In this document: piece after piece, positions 1 through 8,484 of the stretch
Numbering within the stretch: the stretch's first letter is position 1
Layout of the letters: every line of letters begins with the position of its first letter
DNA from: Capsulimonadaceae bacterium
GTDB taxonomy: Bacteria; Armatimonadota; Armatimonadia; Armatimonadales; Capsulimonadaceae
NCBI GenBank assembly: GCA_965215505.1
Contig: OZ244065.1
Coordinates: 1,696,001 to 1,760,000, forward strand
Reading direction: 5' to 3'
DNA: 64,000 bases
Program-made: the position numbers and the translations under genes
Notes under the pieces: generated by a model
What the model was told of the DNA's origin: nothing
Databases searched by the model: none
Seen by the model: the letters and a program-made list of their open reading frames with translations, nothing else

Positions 1-1976
1 TTCACCGGGTCCGGGTGCAGCCCGAAGGCGTGCGCCGCTGAGAGCAGCAGCGAGTTGAACAGGCCGTTCGGCGTCCCCTCTTCAAACCACTTCCACATGA
101 ATGTGATCGCCAGCGGCGCGGTGATGGCGGGGAGGTAATAGAGCGTGCGGAACAGGACCTTGCCGCGCGGCACTTCCGTCAGGCCGAAAGCGACGGCCAG
201 GGGCAGGAAGAAGCCGAGGGTAAGGCTGATGCCGGTGTAGAGGAACGAGTTCCGGACGCCGTACCAGAACGTCTCCGACATGAACAGGTCAATGAAGTTG
301 TCCAGGCCGATGAACGAGTTGGCCCCCAGGATGTGGTAGTTCTGGAAGGCCATGATCAGGCCCCGGATCAGCGGGTAGTAGCGCCACACGAGGATGGACA
401 CGACGGCGGGCAGCATGAACAGCCAGATGAGCAGGTGGACGGACAGCGGCAGGCCGGCAGGCCGCGTCGAGAACACGCGCGCCGCCCGCTCCCGCGCCCG
501 CGACGCCATCAGGCGGCGGCCCAGCCAGGAGAGGTAGGCCAGCAGCCCGGCGGACAGCAGCCCGAAGACCGTCCACGCCCATGCCCGCCGCACCCGCATG
601 ACGTCGGGCGGGACGAAGCCGGTCAGCTTGGCGTCCACCGACCGCGCCGCCGTGTCCAGCAGGGCTTTCGGGTCGGCGTTCGGGTTCTGCTCGATCTCGC
701 CCAGAGGGATGCCCAGCAGGTTGTAGATCTGGCTCATGTTCTCGCCGTAAGGCTCCGGGTGCCCGTGCGTGAACAGCGTCTCGTTCGTCTTGAGCCAGAC
801 CTTGGACTGCGGCGACGTGTAGTCCTCGTACCCATACTTTTGCAGGGCGACCGGGTTGACCGTGTTGCCAAGCCCCGCCTCCACATAGGACTGCGTGCGG
901 ATGCGGTCTGCCTCATCGCTCGCCATGAACTTGACGAACTGCCAGGCCGCCTCGCGGACCTGCGGGTCCTTGATCTGCGACGAGATGCCCCACATGTAGG
1001 CGTTGGCCTCGTTGGCCGTGATGCCGGTCGGCCCCTTCGGCATGGGTGCGATGCCGACGACGCTGGGGCTGATCTGGGTGGCATCGGCCTGGTTCGCGAT
1101 CACGTTGCTCTGGTACTGGAACCACATGGCGACCTTGCCCTGCGCCCGGTCCTGCCCCAAGGTGCTGCTGTGAGTGGCGACGCCGATGTAGGTCTTGCCG
1201 TCCTTGCCCTTCCAGGGCGCGGTGATGAGCTTCCGGTAGAACTCCAGGGCGGTGACTCCGGCGGGCGTGTTGAAGGCCGCCACCCACTTGCCGTCCGGGC
1301 CGCGCTTGATGACCTCGCCGCCGGCCTGCCACAAGAAGTTGATCCACCAGTACGCGGAGGCGTCCGAGTCGGTGCCGAACTCGAAGCCCCAGACGCCCTT
1401 GGGCTGGTCGGTCAGGGCCTGGGAGTCGGCATAGAACTCGTCCCAGTTCGCCGGCGGCTTGTCCGGGTCGAGGCCCGCCGCCTGGAACATGTCCTTGCGG
1501 TAGTAGAGCGCCTGGACGGCGGCGAGGAACGGGACGCTGTAGATGTGGCCGTGCCCGGCATCTTTAAGGATAGGCAGGAGGGTCGGCTGGATTCGCGCCA
1601 GCACGGCGGGGTCGCGTTGCAGGTAGGAGTCGAGCGGCAGCAGGAACCCCTGCTGGATGTAGGAGGCCGAGGACCGGAAGTTGACGTAGACCACGTCCGG
1701 CGCGCTGCCCCCGGCGAAGGCCAGCAGGAGGTTCGACTCGGCGGCCGACCCGCCGATCTGGAGGCCCTGGGCGCTTTCCAGCCGGATGTCGGGGTGGGCG
1801 CGCTCGAAGGCATCCACGATGGCCCGGTCGGCGTGGGATTTCGGGTCGGTCGCGTTCTTGTCGGGCAGCTTGAAGCCGCCCGCGCCGCCGACGCGCAGGA
1901 CGACCGGCCCGGACTGGGCATGGAGGGGCAGGACAAAGGCGAGAACGAGCGCGAGGCAGGCAAGGAGTCTTTTCAT
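1..1976 (-). CDS. Carbohydrate ABC transporter solute-binding protein fused to a permease domain (partial, runs off the window start)
   Basis: Not in the ORF track; hand translation. ATG at 1976 gives signal peptide MKRLLACLALVLAFVLPLHA and SBP-type APDVVYVN. The same frame later gives the CUT1 permease motifs FIGLDNF and FRTLYYLPAI. Confidence 0.85.
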   Translation of the reverse strand, partial: MKRLLACLALVLAFVLPLHAQSGPVVLRVGGAGGFKLPDKNATDPKSHADRAIVDAFERAHPDIRLESAQGLQIGGSAAESNLLLAFAGGSAPDVVYVNFRSSASYIQQGFLLPLDSYLQRDPAVLARIQPTLLPILKDAGHGHIYSVPFLAAVQALYYRKDMFQAAGLDPDKPPANWDEFYADSQALTDQPKGVWGFEFGTDSDASAYWWINFLWQAGGEVIKRGPDGKWVAAFNTPAGVTALEFYRKLITAPWKGKDGKTYIGVATHSSTLGQDRAQGKVAMWFQYQSNVIANQADATQISPSVVGIAPMPKGPTGITANEANAYMWGISSQIKDPQVREAAWQFVKFMASDEADRIRTQSYVEAGLGNTVNPVALQKYGYEDYTSPQSKVWLKTNETLFTHGHPEPYGENMSQIYNLLGIPLGEIEQNPNADPKALLDTAARSVDAKLTGFVPPDVMRVRRAWAWTVFGLLSAGLLAYLSWLGRRLMASRARERAARVFSTRPAGLPLSVHLLIWLFMLPAVVSILVWRYYPLIRGLIMAFQNYHILGANSFIGLDNFIDLFMSETFWYGVRNSFLYTGISLTLGFFLPLAVAFGLTEVPRGKVLFRTLYYLPAITAPLAITFMWKWFEEGTPNGLFNSLLLSAAHAFGLHPDPV

Positions 1977-2041
1977 ACGGGCAGGTTCATAGGCAATCTT
2001 ACAGACGGGTGGATGACTTTATCATACGGCATGACAGGCCT

Positions 2042-2067
2042 TTTGTCAAGGAACTTTGTCAAGGAAC
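2042..2067. repeat. 13-bp tandem duplication in the divergent promoter region
   Basis: TTTGTCAAGGAAC x2. Confidence 0.9.
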
Positions 2068-2094
2068 CCGGCTCATTCCGGTATAATGGAGGCC

Positions 2095-2862
2095 ATGTTA
2101 GCCACCCGCATCATCCCCTGCCTCGATGTCCAGAATGGCCGCGTCGTCAAGGGCACGAACTTCGTCAACCTCCGGGACGCCGGGGACCCCGTGGAGCGCG
2201 CCGCGCTGTACGACGCCCAGGGCGCGGACGAACTGGTCTTCCTGGACATCACGGCCTCGCACGAGAAGCGCGACCTGATGTTCGACTACGCCCGCCGGGT
2301 GGCCGAAGAGGTCTTCATCCCCTTCTGCGTCGGCGGCGGCATCAAGACGGTGGAGGACTTCCGGCGCATCCTGAAGACCGGCGCGGACAAGGCCAGCATC
2401 AACACCGCCGCCGTCACCGACCCCGGCCTCATCACCGAATGTGCCAAAGACTTCGGCGCGCAGTGCGTCGTCGTCGCCGTGGACCCCAAGAAGACGGGCC
2501 GGACGCCCTCGGGCTGGGAGGTGCATATCCACGGGGGCCGGACGCCGACCGGCCTGGACGCCCTGGACTGGGTGCGGGAGATGGAGGACCGGGGGGCGGG
2601 CGAGATCATGCTGACCTCGATGGACGCCGACGGGACTCTGGCCGGCTACGACATCCCCTTGACCTTGGCCGTGACACGGCTGGTCGGCATCCCCGTCATC
2701 GCCAGCGGCGGCGCGGGGAGTTTGGAACACATCCACGAGGCCCTGACGGCGGGCGGCGCGCAGGCGGCCCTGGTTTCCAGCATCGTCCACTACGGGACGC
2801 ACACGGTCGGGGAGATCAAAGAGTACCTCGCCGCGCGGGGCATCCCCGTCCGGCGGGTGTGA
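2095..2862 (+). CDS. hisF: Imidazole glycerol phosphate synthase cyclase subunit
   Basis: [49 protein letters not shown] motifs; GGAGG before ATG 2095. Confidence 0.97.
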   Translation: MLATRIIPCLDVQNGRVVKGTNFVNLRDAGDPVERAALYDAQGADELVFLDITASHEKRDLMFDYARRVAEEVFIPFCVGGGIKTVEDFRRILKTGADKASINTAAVTDPGLITECAKDFGAQCVVVAVDPKKTGRTPSGWEVHIHGGRTPTGLDALDWVREMEDRGAGEIMLTSMDADGTLAGYDIPLTLAVTRLVGIPVIASGGAGSLEHIHEALTAGGAQAALVSSIVHYGTHTVGEIKEYLAARGIPVRRV

Positions 2863-2910
2863 TTCGGAGGCCATGCCGAGAGGAGAGCCGAAAAGAGGGC
2901 GGGGGGCCCC

Positions 2911-2948
2911 CGCCCTCCTTCCGCGCCCTCCTTCCGCGCCCTCCTTCC
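2911..2948. repeat. 13-bp tandem repeat x3 overlapping a GC-rich hairpin after hisF
   Basis: CGCCCTCCTTCCG at 2911, 2924 and 2937 (last copy 12 bp). Confidence 0.9.
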
Positions 2949-2965
2949 CCGGCCCACTTTGCCGG

Positions 2966-2995
2966 TTGACGGAGGCCACGCAAAAAGAGTATAAT
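2966..2995 (+). promoter_or_regulatory. sigma70-type promoter of tRNA-Pro
   Basis: TTGACG-N18-TATAAT ending 8 nt before the tRNA. Confidence 0.75.
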
Positions 2996-3003
2996 AGCCT
3001 AAT

Positions 3004-3079
3004 CGGGGTGTAGCACAGTTGGTAGCGCGCAAAGTTTGGGACTTTGAGGCCGCAGGTTCGAGTCCTGTCACCCCGACCA
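3004..3079 (+). tRNA. tRNA-Pro(TGG)
   Basis: CGGGGTG/CACCCCG acceptor stem, anticodon arm CAAAG-TT-TGG-GA-CTTTG, GGTTCGAGTCC T-loop, encoded CCA. Confidence 0.97.
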
Positions 3080-3112
3080 TTGAGCATCAAGTGACGGCTT
3101 ACTGACCACCTG

Positions 3113-3144
3113 GGGACGCATAATCTATGCGTCCCTTCTTTCTT
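3113..3144 (+). terminator. Intrinsic terminator after tRNA-Pro
   Basis: GGGACGCATA-ATC-TATGCGTCCC followed by TTCTTTCTT. Confidence 0.7.
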
Positions 3145-3160
3145 GCAAGGAGACGCGACG

Positions 3161-4519
3161 GTGAAAGCGAAGTGCATGGTCTGCCATGAGGGATACGACG
3201 TGGAGCGGGACCGGGGACAGGTCATCGAGATTGACGGAGTGGGGAACTACATCTGCCACCGAGATTGGCCCGGCTTCACAGCGGGCGTGGACCTGCAAAA
3301 GAAGGTGCAGGAGGCCGCCGAGGGTGTCCACATGGAGCGCAACGAGGCCAAGCGGGCGGAAGCGCGCGCCCAGCTCGCCGAGTTCAACCAGACGCCGCGC
3401 GACATCGTCGCCAAACTTGATGAGTACGTCATCGGGCAGGAGCGCGCCAAGAGGGACGTTGCAGTCGGGCTGTACGACCACCACCGCATCCATCAGGGCG
3501 ATCTGGCCCACACCGAGGCGGGGACCAAGGCGGACATCGAATTAGAAAAGGCCAACATCATGCTGGTCGGGCCGTCCGGCAGCGGCAAGACGCTGCTGGC
3601 GAAGACGCTTGCCCGGTCATTGGGCGTCCCTTTTGCTTCGGCTGATGCCACCAGCCTCTCGCCGACCGGCTACACGGGGAACGACGTGGAAAGCATCCTG
3701 ACGGCCGCCTACATTGACGCGGGGGAGGATTTGGAATGGGCGGGGCGGTCGGTCATCTTCATCGACGAGATTGACAAGATCGCCCGCAAGTCGCAGGCCA
3801 ACCCCAGCATCACGCGCGACGTGTCCGGCGAGTCCGTGCAGCACGCACTTCTCAAGCTGGTGGAAGGGACGATGGCGCAGCTTCCCCTGGGGGCGTCAGG
3901 CCGCAAGCACCCGGACGCGCCGCCGGAATATATTGACACCAGCAAGATCCTGTTCATCGGCGGCGGGGCGTTCGAGGGTTTCCCGGAGATCGTCGCGAAG
4001 AAGATGAAGCGGCAGACGGAGCGGACGATGGGCCTGCGCGCGAACCCGTCCGCCATCTCGGGCGACCCACAGCGCGATTACGAGATTTTGGCCGAGGCCC
4101 CCGCCGAGGTCCTGATCGAGAGCCTGATCGAGTACGGTTTCGTGCCGGAGTTCGCGGGCCGCTTCCCGATCATCGTCCCGCTCGCGCCGCTGACGAAGGA
4201 GCAGATGCGGCTGGCCCTGACGACCCCGAAGAACTCCGTCGTCAAGCAGCAGGTCGAGCTGTTTCGGCGGGACGGAATCGCCCTGGACATCACCGAGGCC
4301 GCTCTGGATGCCATCGTGGAGAAGGCCGTCAACATGAAGACGGGCGTCCGCGCCCTGCGCTCGCTCGTCAAGAGCATGAGCAGCCAGGCTCGGTACGACC
4401 TCGCAGGGGACCCGAGCGTGGTGGCCGTGGAGATCGGGCCGGAGACGCTGGACGATCCGCGACGCTACCAGGTGACACGGCGCGGCGCGCTGGCGGCGAA
4501 CCGGGCGGAAGCGGTCTAG
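3161..4519 (+). CDS. clpX: Divergent ClpX-family AAA+ ATPase (probable paralogue)
   Basis: LDEYVIGQ, K(A)NI, Walker A GPSGSGKT, Walker B IFIDEIDK, SITRDVSGE, GRKHP, PEFAGRFP; AAGGAG RBS before GTG 3161. Confidence 0.88.
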   Translation: MKAKCMVCHEGYDVERDRGQVIEIDGVGNYICHRDWPGFTAGVDLQKKVQEAAEGVHMERNEAKRAEARAQLAEFNQTPRDIVAKLDEYVIGQERAKRDVAVGLYDHHRIHQGDLAHTEAGTKADIELEKANIMLVGPSGSGKTLLAKTLARSLGVPFASADATSLSPTGYTGNDVESILTAAYIDAGEDLEWAGRSVIFIDEIDKIARKSQANPSITRDVSGESVQHALLKLVEGTMAQLPLGASGRKHPDAPPEYIDTSKILFIGGGAFEGFPEIVAKKMKRQTERTMGLRANPSAISGDPQRDYEILAEAPAEVLIESLIEYGFVPEFAGRFPIIVPLAPLTKEQMRLALTTPKNSVVKQQVELFRRDGIALDITEAALDAIVEKAVNMKTGVRALRSLVKSMSSQARYDLAGDPSVVAVEIGPETLDDPRRYQVTRRGALAANRAEAV

Positions 4520-4545
4520 CGGAAGCGGTCTAGCGGAAGCGGTCT
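4505..4545. repeat. 14-bp tandem repeat x3 spanning the clpX stop
   Basis: GCGGAAGCGGTCTA at 4505, 4519 and 4533 (last copy 13 bp). Confidence 0.9.
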
Positions 4546-4617
4546 CTCGGGAGCTTTCTGAGGCGGGGACAAGGGCGCGGGAGAGACTCTCCCCGCGCTC
4601 TTCCCGTTGGCCCTTGC

Positions 4618-5115
4618 TCATTCCCTGTCCCCCGTGACGGCCCCGCCGTTGTTCCTGTCCCGCGCGGCGGCGTCGGCGGCATCTTCGGCGGTCTCATAGT
4701 ACAGGCTCTTCTCCACGCACACCGTAGTGCCCCTCGGGTCCGTCGTGCTGAACTCGATTCCGTCGGCCAGACTCTCGACCAGGGACAGGCCGTAGCCTCC
4801 GTGCCGCTGCCCCCCCCACCCGTCGGAGCGCTCCGAACCGACCGGAAGCACGTCCTCCCTCTTGAAGCCTCGCCCCTCATCGGCGACCGTGATGACGACC
4901 TTGGCCTCGTAGTACTCCAGCGTCATCAGGAAGTGAGGCGCTTCCGAATGGGCGTGTCGGATGACGTTGGCGCACAGCTCGCCGACGATGATCTCCACGT
5001 CGTCAATGATCGGCCCGTTCACCTTCATGTCTTCCAGCAGGCACCGACTGAGGACTCGCGTCGTCCGAATATAGGTCACGTCTTCGGGGAGATGCAGCGA
5101 GAGCCGAAGTATCAT
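4618..5115 (-). CDS. RsbW/SpoIIAB-like HATPase_c protein (anti-sigma factor Ser kinase family)
   Basis: N box ELCANVIRHA, G1 VADEGRGF, G2 HGGYGLSLV, GTTV; start overlaps the cheB-like stop (ATGA). Confidence 0.8.
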   Translation of the reverse strand: MILRLSLHLPEDVTYIRTTRVLSRCLLEDMKVNGPIIDDVEIIVGELCANVIRHAHSEAPHFLMTLEYYEAKVVITVADEGRGFKREDVLPVGSERSDGWGGQRHGGYGLSLVESLADGIEFSTTDPRGTTVCVEKSLYYETAEDAADAAARDRNNGGAVTGDRE

Positions 5116-5888
5116 AGATCTGTTTCTTTCCTCGTGTCCAGGCACGGAACCGGGGCGGCCAGAATCTGCACCAGCGCGGGGCTGATCTTTTCCAGTGGGA
5201 GTACAAGATCTATGCAGCCGGTCTCGACCGCGCTGCGGGGCATGCCCGCGAACCGGCTGCTCGCCTCGTCCTGAGCGACAGTGACCCCGCCGGCCGCTTT
5301 GATGGCCCGCACGCCCTGCGCGCCGTCGCTGCCCGTCCCCGTCAGCACGACGGCCACGGCCTTCGCGCCGACGCTTTCCGCCAGGGAGCCGAACAGCAGG
5401 TCAGCGGAAGGCCGCCCCAGCCCTACTCTCGTGGCGGGGGTGAGCGAGAGCGTCCCATCGGGGCAGACCTGGAGGTGGCTGCCGCTCGGGGTGACATAGA
5501 CCCAGCTCATCTGGGGACTGTCCCCCTGCTGTATCTCCTTGACGCGGAGAGCCGTGCGGCGGCTCAGGAGGTCGGCCAGCCCGCTGCGGGGTTCCGGGGA
5601 GATGTGCTGGGCGATCAGGATGGGCGCGGGGAAGTCTTCGGGCAGTGCGGAAAGAACCACGCTCAGGGCATGGATACCGCCCGCGGACGCCGCGAGCGCG
5701 ACGATTGGTGTGGTGCAGGGAAAAGTCGAGTTGAAGTAAGCGCCAAGGTGGAACGGGGCCGAGCCGTGCGGGCGGGCGAAGGGCTGTTGGAGCGGAATGA
5801 GAACACGAGACCTTTCACGAAGAGAGCGGCGCAGAGGAAAGGTCTCGGGGGAAGTCACAAGAGCTTGGACCAAAAAACATTGGTGCAT
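5112..5888 (-). CDS. Stand-alone CheB methylesterase domain protein, no receiver domain (start uncertain)
   Basis: ASAGG, IAQH, RPSADLLF, LTGTGSDG, AQDE..GMP motifs. Confidence 0.85.
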   Translation of the reverse strand: MHQCFLVQALVTSPETFPLRRSLRERSRVLIPLQQPFARPHGSAPFHLGAYFNSTFPCTTPIVALAASAGGIHALSVVLSALPEDFPAPILIAQHISPEPRSGLADLLSRRTALRVKEIQQGDSPQMSWVYVTPSGSHLQVCPDGTLSLTPATRVGLGRPSADLLFGSLAESVGAKAVAVVLTGTGSDGAQGVRAIKAAGGVTVAQDEASSRFAGMPRSAVETGCIDLVLPLEKISPALVQILAAPVPCLDTRKETDL

Positions 5889-5894
5889 TACCTT

Positions 5895-5920
5895 CTCCCC
5901 ACTTTTGTCGGAGGCTAAAC
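5895..5920 (-). promoter_or_regulatory. Possible sigmaB/SigF-like promoter of the cheB-rsbW-like pair
   Basis: Minus strand GTTT-N16-GGGGAG. Confidence 0.35.
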
Positions 5921-5998
5921 ACCAATCAGGCCGGCGGGGAACTTTTATTTTGGCCGAAGGGTTCTTTCACATAAACGACGGCGGGATGAGAGAATCGA

Positions 5999-6568
5999 AT
6001 GATCAAGCTCTACACATGGGGGCCGACGACGCCGGAGACGGTGATGAGCCAGACCGTCGCGCCGGATATCGGCCATTCGGCCCTCGAAGTCACGGACGGA
6101 CACGGCAGGGCGCGGGCGTATGCCAGCTTCTGGCCCGAGCGCGACTCGCTGATCGGGAAGATCACGCAGTTATGGAAGCACCGGCAGGAGCGGAACCCCA
6201 GCAGTTACTCCCAGGAGAGTGATCCGCAGGGAGGCTACATGCAGCGGGAGGCCGACCACGCCGACCAAATATTCGGGCTGGACGAGGACACGGTCGTCCG
6301 CCTCTGGGAGCATCTGCGGGAGAGTGAGTACGACTTCCTCAAGTGGAATTGCGCCAGCCTGTGCAAGCTGCTGATCTTGGCGTCCGCGCCCGCCCAGAAT
6401 GATGCCGCCAGGGAGTTCGTCCTCAGTGCGTCAGCACTCGCGAACCTCAGCGACCCCGACGAGCTGCTGGCGGCCCTGCGCGCGCTCACCACATCGCCGT
6501 TCATCATCAGCCACCCCGAAGAACTGCGCCACCTGGCTGAAGCCTACGCCATCGCGGACGGTTCTTGA
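5999..6568 (+). CDS. Hypothetical protein, possible permuted papain-like (PPPDE/LRAT-type) hydrolase
   Basis: GHSAL near the N-terminus and YDFLKWNC later (His before Cys). Confidence 0.55.
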   Translation: MIKLYTWGPTTPETVMSQTVAPDIGHSALEVTDGHGRARAYASFWPERDSLIGKITQLWKHRQERNPSSYSQESDPQGGYMQREADHADQIFGLDEDTVVRLWEHLRESEYDFLKWNCASLCKLLILASAPAQNDAAREFVLSASALANLSDPDELLAALRALTTSPFIISHPEELRHLAEAYAIADGS

Positions 6569-6639
6569 GCGATAGCCTCTTGCATCGCGCCGGGCCGAGT
6601 GGGGACCGGCCCTTCAAAGTGGGGACGCTATTTCGCCTG

Positions 6640-7227
6640 CTATCCACTTTTCGGGTTCTTGGGGCGCTTGATCCAGTTGCCTTCGCGCACCTCGCGCATG
6701 GTCATGATGTAAGCCAGGAGCAGGGAAGAGGCGAGGGAGGGGTAGGCCGAGGCGCGCGGGAACGGCTCCATGTAATAGACGTCCGGCGGGTCGCCGTCGC
6801 CGCGCAGGATCAGCGAGCGCTCTTTCGTCTCGCGGCGCACGGCGACGCCGCCGCGCCAGCCGTGGCCGAGGATGTCGAAACCGCCCATCCGCTCCTGTCC
6901 GTCGTTGATGCGGAAGAACTCCCCGGTCAGACCCGACCCGCCGGGGTAATAAGAAGCGGCGACGTCCGTCGTCCCCTGCGGCGTCGGGCGCAGCAGGAGC
7001 CGCGAGCGGTCGTGCCGCATGACGCGCCAGGGCTGCGTCTCCCCGGCTGGCACGACTCCCTCCCCCAGATGCAGCGAGGCGGCGAGGCTGCCGTCGGGCC
7101 AGGAGGCGACATAGTACCAGAGGTACTTGTGGGTGGGGACGACGATGCCGGGGAGTGTCGCGCCCGCCCGCCGGATCTGGCGGGCGCGAATCGTGAGCAG
7201 CCTGTCTATGGGCGTGAAGAGGTCCAT
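6640..7227 (-). CDS. Hypothetical protein
   Basis: 195-aa ORF starting 3 nt after the YHS gene stop; normal composition. Confidence 0.65.
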   Translation of the reverse strand: MDLFTPIDRLLTIRARQIRRAGATLPGIVVPTHKYLWYYVASWPDGSLAASLHLGEGVVPAGETQPWRVMRHDRSRLLLRPTPQGTTDVAASYYPGGSGLTGEFFRINDGQERMGGFDILGHGWRGGVAVRRETKERSLILRGDGDPPDVYYMEPFPRASAYPSLASSLLLAYIMTMREVREGNWIKRPKNPKSG

Positions 7228-7230
7228 GCG

Positions 7231-7515
7231 TCAGTGGGCCGGCTTGACGAGCGAGGCGGTCTTGGCGTACTTCTGCGGGTCCTTGTCAAAGGCGGGCTTG
7301 CAGGAGGAGCAGCAGAAGTAGTAGGTCTTGCCCTTATAAACGCTGGAGCCGACGGCCTCCTTGACCGAGGCGATCTTCTCGCCGGTGACGGGGCAGACCA
7401 GGGCGGCGGGCTTGGCCGCCGGTTTGGCGGCGGGCTTCGCCTTGGTGGCGGGGGCCGCGAGCAGGGCGGCGGGCAGCAGAAGGGCGGCGGCGGCCGCGAG
7501 CAGGGTACGGGTCAT
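7231..7515 (-). CDS. Exported YHS-domain (metal-binding) protein
   Basis: Signal peptide, AKPA repeats, CPVTG...YKGKTYYFCCSSCKPAFDKDP. Confidence 0.85.
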   Translation of the reverse strand: MTRTLLAAAAALLLPAALLAAPATKAKPAAKPAAKPAALVCPVTGEKIASVKEAVGSSVYKGKTYYFCCSSCKPAFDKDPQKYAKTASLVKPAH

Positions 7516-7610
7516 TTCATTCTCCTTGACTTTATCAGCGACTATCTCCCATAATAAGCCCGAGCGGTGGGGGAAAAGTTCCCCGCGCGCACGGACTAAG
7601 GAGATTCAAC

Positions 7611-8009
7611 GTGGAACGAACATTTTTGATGGTTAAGCCGGACGGCGTCCAGCGCCGGCTCGTGGGCGAGATCATCCGCCGGTTTGAGAACAAAGGCTTC
7701 ACGCTGGCCGAGCTGAAGATGCTGACGCCGACCCGCGAGATGGCCGAGGCGCATTACGGCGTCCATCGCGGCAAGCCGTTCTTTGAAGGCGTAGTCGGCT
7801 TCATCAGCTCCGGCCCGGTCGTAGCCATGGTCTGGGAGGGCGAGGACGTCGTCGCCCTGGCCCGCAAGGTGATTGGGGCGACCAAGCCCGCCGACTCGAC
7901 GCCCGGAACCATCCGGGGTGACTACGCAAACACCATCGAGCAGAACCTCATCCACGGGTCGGACTCGGTGGAGAACGCCCAGACCGAGATCGGTATTTGG
8001 TTCAGCTAA
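7611..8009 (+). CDS. ndk: Nucleoside diphosphate kinase
   Basis: [27 protein letters not shown]. Confidence 0.97.
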   Translation: MERTFLMVKPDGVQRRLVGEIIRRFENKGFTLAELKMLTPTREMAEAHYGVHRGKPFFEGVVGFISSGPVVAMVWEGEDVVALARKVIGATKPADSTPGTIRGDYANTIEQNLIHGSDSVENAQTEIGIWFS

Positions 8010-8029
8010 TCTGCGCCTCGGCAAATCCT

Positions 8030-8260
8030 CTAGTCCTGGTCGGTGCCGGCGAGCAAGGCGAATAGCTGGATATTGCCACACCCATCACACAGTCGCGCCC
8101 GGATCGGCTTCTCCGTTGACCTGAATGTCAGCCAGGGGCCGTCCGGGTGAAACTTCGTCTGATACCGCCCTTGTAGCTTCCCCCAGGTGAAAGACGTTTG
8201 GCTGCACAGGAAACAGACGGCCCCTGAGTCAGCCTCCTGGTAGTCTATGACCTCAGCCAT
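8030..8260 (-). CDS. Small zinc-ribbon hypothetical protein
   Basis: CFLC ... ARLCDGCGNIQLF. Confidence 0.6.
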   Translation of the reverse strand: MAEVIDYQEADSGAVCFLCSQTSFTWGKLQGRYQTKFHPDGPWLTFRSTEKPIRARLCDGCGNIQLFALLAGTDQD

Positions 8261-8262
8261 AA

Positions 8263-8475
8263 TCAACACTTCCCTAAATAGTCCGCCAATTCCAGCCCCT
8301 GCTGATAATCCGCCATACCTGCCTCGGCCAGCGCCACATCCTCTGCCGCCAACTCTTCGTAGAGGGCAATCAGGGCCGGGTCCTGAAGCGAACGACGCAA
8401 GCCCTTCTGCCTGATCAAGACCGTTTCAAGCGCGGCATCCACATCATCTTCCAGCATCACCGGCAGCGTTTTCAT
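8263..8475 (-). CDS. Small acidic hypothetical protein, possibly a degenerate RHH-type antitoxin
   Basis: MKTLPVMLEDDVDAALE strand-helix start, acidic C-terminus; follows pheT. Confidence 0.45.
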   Translation of the reverse strand: MKTLPVMLEDDVDAALETVLIRQKGLRRSLQDPALIALYEELAAEDVALAEAGMADYQQGLELADYLGKC

Positions 8476-8484
8476 GGTGGTTTC

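Noticed and set aside
333..2969. 878-aa plus-strand ORF and other long antisense ORFs (e.g. 17511-19667, 50463-52799, 56092-57948)
   Set aside because: Shadow frames of real genes in GC-rich DNA; no motifs, and they overlap well-supported CDSs.
2911..4545. Short repeats as CRISPR arrays
   Set aside because: Head-to-tail 13-14-bp units without spacers; no cas genes.
3004..7600. Integrative element at tRNA-Pro
   Set aside because: No integrase and no duplicated tRNA 3' end (att site) seen in the window.
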